64,000 nucleotides of DNA from contig CAVQBK010000003.1 in the NCBI GenBank assembly GCA_963710755.1, forward strand, positions 1,312,001 through 1,376,000, in the 5' to 3' direction. How positions within the stretch are numbered: the first letter of the stretch is position 1; every line of letters starts with the position of its first letter. The position numbers and the translations under genes were made by a program. The DNA is from an uncultured bacterium. Lineage in GTDB: Bacteria; Oederibacteriota; JAAXVQ01; JAUVAV01. Positions 58,583 through 64,000 of this stretch are shown here, in pieces. The notes beneath the pieces are model-generated. The model did no database searches and had not been told where the DNA came from. It was given only the letters and a program-made list of their open reading frames with translations.

Positions 58583-59596
58583 ATGGTTATTGTCATGCGT
58601 CAAGATGCTACCCAGGAGCAACTGGATCATTTTTTGGAAAAGTTAAAAGAAAAAGGATTGACCCCGCATGTTTCACGAGGAACCGAGCGAACCATCGTGG
58701 GCGCGATTGGGGACGAGCGTATATTGCAGTCTGTGCCTTTGGCAGCTTTCCCAGGCGTGGAGCAGGTGATGCCAATCCTGCAACCGTTCAAGCTGGCGTC
58801 CAAGGAGTTTAAAAAAGAGCCGACCGTGGTGGATGTGGGCGGAGTGAAAATTGGCGGTGGGTATTTTGGTTTGATCGCCGGGCCCTGCTCAGTTGAAAAT
58901 TGGGAAACACTGATTACCGCAGCCCGGCAGGTTAAAGCTGCCGGAGCCAATCTGCTGCGCGTAGGTGCTTTCAAACCCAGAACCAGCCCCTATGCTTTTC
59001 AAGGATTAGGTGAGGAGGGTTTGAAACTGTTGGCTCAAGCCCGCCAGGAAACCGGATTGCCAGTTATAACAGAAGTGATGAATATCAGTTAGGTTGAGCT
59101 GGTGGCCCAATATGCGGACATGCTCCAGATTGGTGCGAGGAATATGCAGAATTTCGACCTGCTCAAGGCGGTGGGCGATATTAAAAAGCCCATCCTGCTC
59201 AAGCGCGGGCTGGCGGCCACCATCAAAGAATGGCTCATGTCTGCGGAATATGTTCTTTCCCGTGGCAATTACCAGGTGGTGTTATGCGAACGGGGTATCC
59301 GTACGTTTGAAACTTATACCCGGAATACTTTAGACCTGGCGGCGGTGGCAGCGATCCACGAGCTTTCTCACTTGCCTGTCATTGTTGATCCCTCGCATGG
59401 AACCGGAAAGCGCAGCTTGGTCAGCAGCATGTCCTGCGCAGGGGTGGTTGCTGGGGCAGACGGCTTGACCATTGAAGTCCATCCGAATCCAGAAGAAGCT
59501 ATGTCCGATGGGGATCAATCCTTGTATCCGGCAGAGTTTGAAAAGCTGGCGGCCAGTATCAAACCCCTGCTGCTGATTATGCAGCAAAAAATATAG
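58583..59596 (+). pseudogene. aroF: Second DAHP synthase (aroF) copy with in-frame TAG at 59090-59092
   Basis: Colinear with 27402..28415; the two ORF-track halves share one frame; RGGAFKP is changed to RVGAFKP. Confidence 0.85.
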
Positions 59597-59688
59597 ACTG
59601 GAGGTGAAACGATCTCTTTATTGGCAATGACAAGAATAGTAGAAATGACATTTTGAGAATATATAAAAACTACTAAGGAGATGACATT

Positions 59689-60405
59689 ATGGAAACAAAT
59701 AATGAAACACTTAGCACTTCAATGCCGCGCATTGGAGACAAAGCTCCCAGCTTCAAAGCAGTAACAACCCAGGGTGAGATTGATTTCCCCGGACAGTACT
59801 CGGGTAGTTGGGTTATTCTTTTCAGTCATCCCGCCGACTTCACGCCTGTATGCACCTCGGAGTTTATGACATTTGCTTCGATGGAGGAAGAGTTCGCGAA
59901 ATTGAATTGCAAATTGGTGGGGCTTTCAATTGACGGGCTTTACAGCCATATTGCTTGGCTGCGGACCATCAAGGAGAAAATCGAATACAAAGGCATGAAA
60001 AATATTGAAGTCAAGTTTCCGTTGATAGAAGACGTTTCGATGGAAGTCGCCAAGAAATATGGAATGCTTCAACCGGGTGAGAGCACAACCAAAGCAGTGC
60101 GCGCCGTGTTCGTGATCGATCCCAAGGGGATGATTCGTACCATTATCTATTACCCTCTTAGTTTGGGACGCAATTTCGATGAGCTGCTCCGCGTGGTAAT
60201 CGCTTTGCAGACTGCGGATGCTTTCTCCGTGGCTACTCCTGCGGACTGGAGACCCGGTGACGATGTTATTGTGCCGACCGCCGGTTCATGCGGCGTTGCC
60301 AAGGACCGCATGGAAGGAAAAGAAGATATTAAATGCCATGACTGGTTCTTCTGCACCAAAAAGATAGACAAAGAGAAAGTAATGAGCACTATTAGGAAAA
60401 AGTAA
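59689..60405 (+). CDS. Peroxiredoxin (Prx6 subfamily)
   Basis: FSHPADFTPVCTSE, GRNFDE, TPADW, C-terminal CHDWFFC. Confidence 0.93.
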   Translation: METNNETLSTSMPRIGDKAPSFKAVTTQGEIDFPGQYSGSWVILFSHPADFTPVCTSEFMTFASMEEEFAKLNCKLVGLSIDGLYSHIAWLRTIKEKIEYKGMKNIEVKFPLIEDVSMEVAKKYGMLQPGESTTKAVRAVFVIDPKGMIRTIIYYPLSLGRNFDELLRVVIALQTADAFSVATPADWRPGDDVIVPTAGSCGVAKDRMEGKEDIKCHDWFFCTKKIDKEKVMSTIRKK

Positions 60406-60423
60406 AAACGAACTTCAATTTAA

Positions 60424-61551
60424 TTGTCGCGGGGGAAAGTGGAATTGAATTTAGAGAATATTAGATCACGAATGGGGCAATACTTGCCAAATAAGTACAA
60501 CCCGGTTATGCGAATTATATTTAGGCTTCGCCCTATCCGAATATTGCTCGTCATAGCAGCGGGGATTATTCTTTGTGGGCTGATAGGTTTGATGTTGAAA
60601 TCCAGTGCGAAGATGATTGCCAAGCCAGTTGATACCCCGGCGCCTGTTATGCATGATCTTATGCAGAAACAACTGTCTGGCTATTCAGACGGCGAGTTTA
60701 ATCTGCCTCTGGACAGTATAAATCTCGATTTACTGGAAGTTAAACCGGTAAAGGAAACCACGTCTTCCGAAGTTGCGGAACTTGAGAGGTATACTCGCTT
60801 TGTTAATCCGGAAACGGTTACTTTCCAATTGTATACCATCAAGCTCAGAGACAATTACTGGGCATTGGCCAAGCGCATGGGATATACCATTGACAGCATT
60901 GTGGGATGCAACCCGCAGCTCAAAAAAATAACCTGCTACCAGGGGCAAAAAATATTGCTGCCTTCCCGGGGTGGATCGTTGCACTGTGTCCAGACGGATG
61001 AATCATTGGGGAAAATAGCTCTGCTATACTCCGTTGATTCGGATGTGATATTGAAAGCTAATGTGATCGACAGCAAGTGGGGAATTATCCCGGGCATGTG
61101 GCTGTTTATTCCCGGAGCAAAGCCCCGCTGTTTGACGGATGGAATACGCAAGGAATATGCAAGACGCGCCCTGTTACGATCGCCATTGAATGGCCGGTAT
61201 ACATCCTTTGTCGGTAATCGCATTCATCCTGTGCTGGGTTTCTCGAAATATCATAACGGGGTGGATATTGCCTGCCGTCAAGGCACATGGGTGGGCGCCG
61301 CAGCTTCGGGCACCGTTGAGGTTGCGGGCTGGGGAGGAGCTGTCGGGCAATATATTAAAATCGATCATCATAACGGCTATAAAACCATGTATGGGCACTT
61401 AAGCAAGATTCACGTCCGACAAGGGCAAACTGTGAGGGGCGGGCAATTGATTGCGCGTTCCGGGTCCACCGGACGCTCCACGGGCCCGCATCTGCATTTT
61501 ACGATCTGGGAAAATGGTGGGGTTAAAAATCCCATGGATTATCTTTGGTGA
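60424..61551 (+). CDS. LysM/M23 metallopeptidase; start uncertain
   Basis: TM anchor, two LysM-like repeats, HNGVDIA, YGHLS, GSTGRSTGPHLHF. Confidence 0.9.
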   Translation: MSRGKVELNLENIRSRMGQYLPNKYNPVMRIIFRLRPIRILLVIAAGIILCGLIGLMLKSSAKMIAKPVDTPAPVMHDLMQKQLSGYSDGEFNLPLDSINLDLLEVKPVKETTSSEVAELERYTRFVNPETVTFQLYTIKLRDNYWALAKRMGYTIDSIVGCNPQLKKITCYQGQKILLPSRGGSLHCVQTDESLGKIALLYSVDSDVILKANVIDSKWGIIPGMWLFIPGAKPRCLTDGIRKEYARRALLRSPLNGRYTSFVGNRIHPVLGFSKYHNGVDIACRQGTWVGAAASGTVEVAGWGGAVGQYIKIDHHNGYKTMYGHLSKIHVRQGQTVRGGQLIARSGSTGRSTGPHLHFTIWENGGVKNPMDYLW

Positions 61552-61578
61552 GAAATAGGGAGTGAAAAGGAGCAAAAC

Positions 61579-61941
61579 ATGAAAATAGTTTTTACGACTT
61601 CCGGAGTTTCATTGGATGCGCCGATGGACAGCCGTTTTAGCCGGGCGGAGAAGTTTTTAGTCTACGATATGAATACCAGTACCTTTGAGGTGATTGACAA
61701 CCAGCAAAATCTAAATGCAGCACAGGGCGCGGGGATTCAGGCTGCGGAAACCGTGGCGCGGAGCGGGGCCAAATGCCTGATTACGGGGCATTGCGGGCCC
61801 AAGGCATTCAGGGTGCTTGCAGCCGCTGGGATTAAAATCTATAACACGGAAGCAGCCACGGTTGCGGAAGCGCTTCAGCAATATCTGGCCGGGAAACTGA
61901 TTGAAGCAAAATCTGCGGATGTGGAAGGGCATTGGGCATGA
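61579..61941 (+). CDS. NifB/NifX-family protein
   Basis: DSRFSRA, GAGIQAA, ITGHCGPKAF. Confidence 0.88.
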   Translation: MKIVFTTSGVSLDAPMDSRFSRAEKFLVYDMNTSTFEVIDNQQNLNAAQGAGIQAAETVARSGAKCLITGHCGPKAFRVLAAAGIKIYNTEAATVAEALQQYLAGKLIEAKSADVEGHWA

Positions 61942-62786
61942 TCATCGCCGTTGCTTCGGGCAAAGGCGGGACCGGCAAGACTACGGTTTCATTGAATTTG
62001 GCCAGAGCCTATGGAGCTTTGGTCCAGGTTTTGGACTGCGACGTGGAAGAGCCAAACTGCCATTTATTTTTAAAGGGAAAACTGCTGGGTGAGGAAACTG
62101 TATCCATTCCGATCCCGCAAGTGGATGAGTCACTGTGCAATGCCTGCGGTGAGTGCAGCCATTTCTGCCAATATCATGCTATTGCATCGCTTGGAACTGT
62201 GCCGCTTGTTTTCCCTGAAATGTGCCATGGTTGTGGCGGCTGCGCCAGGGTTTGTCCGCAAAAGGCCATCCGCGAAGTTGACAAACGTATTGGTACAGTC
62301 GGCATGCTTCAGGTGGAAAATATTACCCTGATCCAGGGGAAAATTGATATTGGCGTTGCCATGGCACCGCCCTTGATCCGCGCTGTCAAAGCGCGATTGC
62401 AGGCAGGTCTGCCTGCGATCCTGGATGCGCCGCCGGGAACTTCCTGCCCAGTGATTGCCGCAATCCAGGGAGCGGATTTTGTGATCCTGGTCACTGAGCC
62501 GACGCCTTTCGGATTGAACGATTTGAAACTGGCAGTGGACATGGTGCGGGAGCTTAAGCTTCCATTTGGCGTTGTGGTGAACCGCATGGGCGTTGGTGAT
62601 GACAGGGTTCATATATTTTGCAGGCAAGAGAGTATACCCGTTATTCTTGAGATTCCCGATGACCGTCGCATTGCCGAGGTTTATTCGCGGGGCATGCTTA
62701 TCGTGGATGCATTGCCAGAATACCGGGGGCTTTTCCGGAGCCTAATCGAAAAGACTTTGAATTTGAAGAGCGCGGAGAATGTTTGA
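61938..62786 (+). CDS. MinD/ParA-like P-loop ATPase with two 4Fe-4S motifs
   Basis: SGKGGTGKTT, DCDVEEPN, CxxCxxCxxxC x2, PPGTSCP, TEPTPFG. Confidence 0.92.
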   Translation: MIIAVASGKGGTGKTTVSLNLARAYGALVQVLDCDVEEPNCHLFLKGKLLGEETVSIPIPQVDESLCNACGECSHFCQYHAIASLGTVPLVFPEMCHGCGGCARVCPQKAIREVDKRIGTVGMLQVENITLIQGKIDIGVAMAPPLIRAVKARLQAGLPAILDAPPGTSCPVIAAIQGADFVILVTEPTPFGLNDLKLAVDMVRELKLPFGVVVNRMGVGDDRVHIFCRQESIPVILEIPDDRRIAEVYSRGMLIVDALPEYRGLFRSLIEKTLNLKSAENV

Positions 62787-62789
62787 GCA

Positions 62790-63698
62790 ATGTCAACCGC
62801 TGAGCCATTAAAAGCCTGCGCGGAATGCATTCCCTGTTTTATGCGGCAGGCAACTGAGGCCATTGCTATGACCGGACAATCGCCTGAAAACACGGAGGCC
62901 CTGCTACGGGAAATATCCGACCTAGTGGCATCCAAAAGTCTGGGTGACAATCCGCCCCGAGTGAGTCAGAAGATTCACCGCTTGATTCGCGAACGTGCGG
63001 GTTGTGATGATCCTTACCGGCAAATGAAAACGGATTTAAACCGGGCAGCCATGGAAATGCTGCCGGAATTGATAAAGAGGATTCCAAAGGGAATGTCAGG
63101 ACAAGAAGCAGCCGTGCGCATGGCCATTGGAGGCAATATACTGGACGCGGGCGCGAAAAGCGGGCTGCAATTGGCGCAGGCTCTAATTGCGTTGGAAAGC
63201 TCGTTTACACAGACGCTTAAAGGTGGTTGGGAGAAATTCTTTGCCCAGGCCGCTAAGGCAAAACGCATATTGTATCTTGCTGACAATGCCGGGGAAATAG
63301 TATTTGACCGCCATCTTCTTGAGATGCTGCCGACTGAAAAAATAACAGTGGCAGTCAGAGGGAAACCGGTTATCAACGACGCCACCATGGAAGATGCGCG
63401 TGCGGTTGGAATTTGTGATATTGCGGAGGTTATTTCAAACGGTTCAGATGCTCCCGGGACCGTACTGGAGGATTGTTCAATCCAGTTCCAGGAGGCATTT
63501 GAAAAGAGCGGCCTGATCATTGCTAAAGGGCAGGGTAATTATGAAACACTAATTTTTTCTGAAAAAGCCGTGATTTTTCTTTTTCAAGCTAAATGCCCTG
63601 TGATCGCGGCGCGTACTGGCGCGGCAGTTGGGACATTGATGATAGAGGGAATAAACATGGGTGAGATTGATCAAACAGGGGGTGCGGCACATGACTGA
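62790..63698 (+). CDS. DUF89/ARMT1-like damage-control phosphatase
   Basis: CIPC, DPY..K, GNILD, DNAGEIVFD, INDAT, KGQGNYE. Confidence 0.9.
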   Translation: MSTAEPLKACAECIPCFMRQATEAIAMTGQSPENTEALLREISDLVASKSLGDNPPRVSQKIHRLIRERAGCDDPYRQMKTDLNRAAMEMLPELIKRIPKGMSGQEAAVRMAIGGNILDAGAKSGLQLAQALIALESSFTQTLKGGWEKFFAQAAKAKRILYLADNAGEIVFDRHLLEMLPTEKITVAVRGKPVINDATMEDARAVGICDIAEVISNGSDAPGTVLEDCSIQFQEAFEKSGLIIAKGQGNYETLIFSEKAVIFLFQAKCPVIAARTGAAVGTLMIEGINMGEIDQTGGAAHD

Positions 63699-64000
63699 TC
63701 CATTAACGCCATACGGTAATAAGCCGATGGTTACGCCGATTGTCAATGCGGTGAATTACGAGTACCGGGATTTTGAAGTGTTGCGCAAGATCACGGATGG
63801 TGAAATTGACGGCTACACCTATCACCGGGATGACAACCCAACGGTGCGGGCCGTGGAGCAAAAAATAGCAGCCTTGGAAGGGGCGGAGGATTGCATTGTC
63901 TGCACGTCCGGCATGGCGGCCTGCACTCTGGTCTATCTAACCTATCTCAAGGCAGGCGACAACCTGATTCTTTTTCATGACACCTATGGAGCTCATTACA
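63691..64000 (+). CDS. PLP-dependent trans-sulfuration enzyme (Cys/Met metabolism family), 3'-truncated by the window edge
   Basis: My translation: ...YTYHRDDNPTVRAVEQKIAALEGAE...TSGMAA...LKAGD...DTYG; absent from the ORF track because no stop lies in the window. Confidence 0.85.
   Translation, partial: MTDPLTPYGNKPMVTPIVNAVNYEYRDFEVLRKITDGEIDGYTYHRDDNPTVRAVEQKIAALEGAEDCIVCTSGMAACTLVYLTYLKAGDNLILFHDTYGAHY

Noticed and set aside
59090-59092. Genome-wide TAG reassignment
   Set aside because: TAG ends many conserved genes at their expected positions (moxR, ruvA, cmk, recN, aroF copy 1).
56982-61941. Nitrogen fixation cluster
   Set aside because: Only stand-alone NifB/NifX-like domains; no nifHDK or nifEN in the window.

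Overview
Bacterial chromosomal window of moderate GC with every credible gene on the + strand. The six-S1-repeat RpsA suggests a diderm, and the 2-oxoacid:ferredoxin oxidoreductase suggests an anaerobe. Positions 1-49.4 kb are mostly core genome: a MoxR/DUF58/vWA/TPR (Bat-type) operon whose TPR protein carries an uninterrupted 124-Gln tract, ruvCAB, an Xre/RES toxin-antitoxin pair, mtnA plus a class II aldolase, scpAB-rluB, an aromatic amino acid cluster (pheA-hisC-aroF-tyrA-aroA-cmk-ispH-rpsA) split by a ~2,300-aa modular exported protein with its own promoter, a Crp/phosphodiesterase pair, xseA-gpmI-xseB-ispA-dxs-tlyA-recN and a four-subunit oxidoreductase. tRNA-Val(TAC) and tRNA-Asp(GTC) follow, each trailed by an antisense copy of its own T-arm plus a shared 21-bp hairpin. 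From ~50 kb the window is accessory: an IS256 that splits a small HExxH metallopeptidase gene, an HUH/Y1 (RAYT-like) transposase bounded by 28-bp inverted repeats with tandem GATTAGG units, gene remnants, and a sigma54-controlled metal/redox cluster containing a second aroF with an in-frame TAG. Many intergenic spacers hold different REP/MITE-like palindromes. No CRISPR array or rRNA was seen. All family assignments come from motif recognition by eye; no searches were run.
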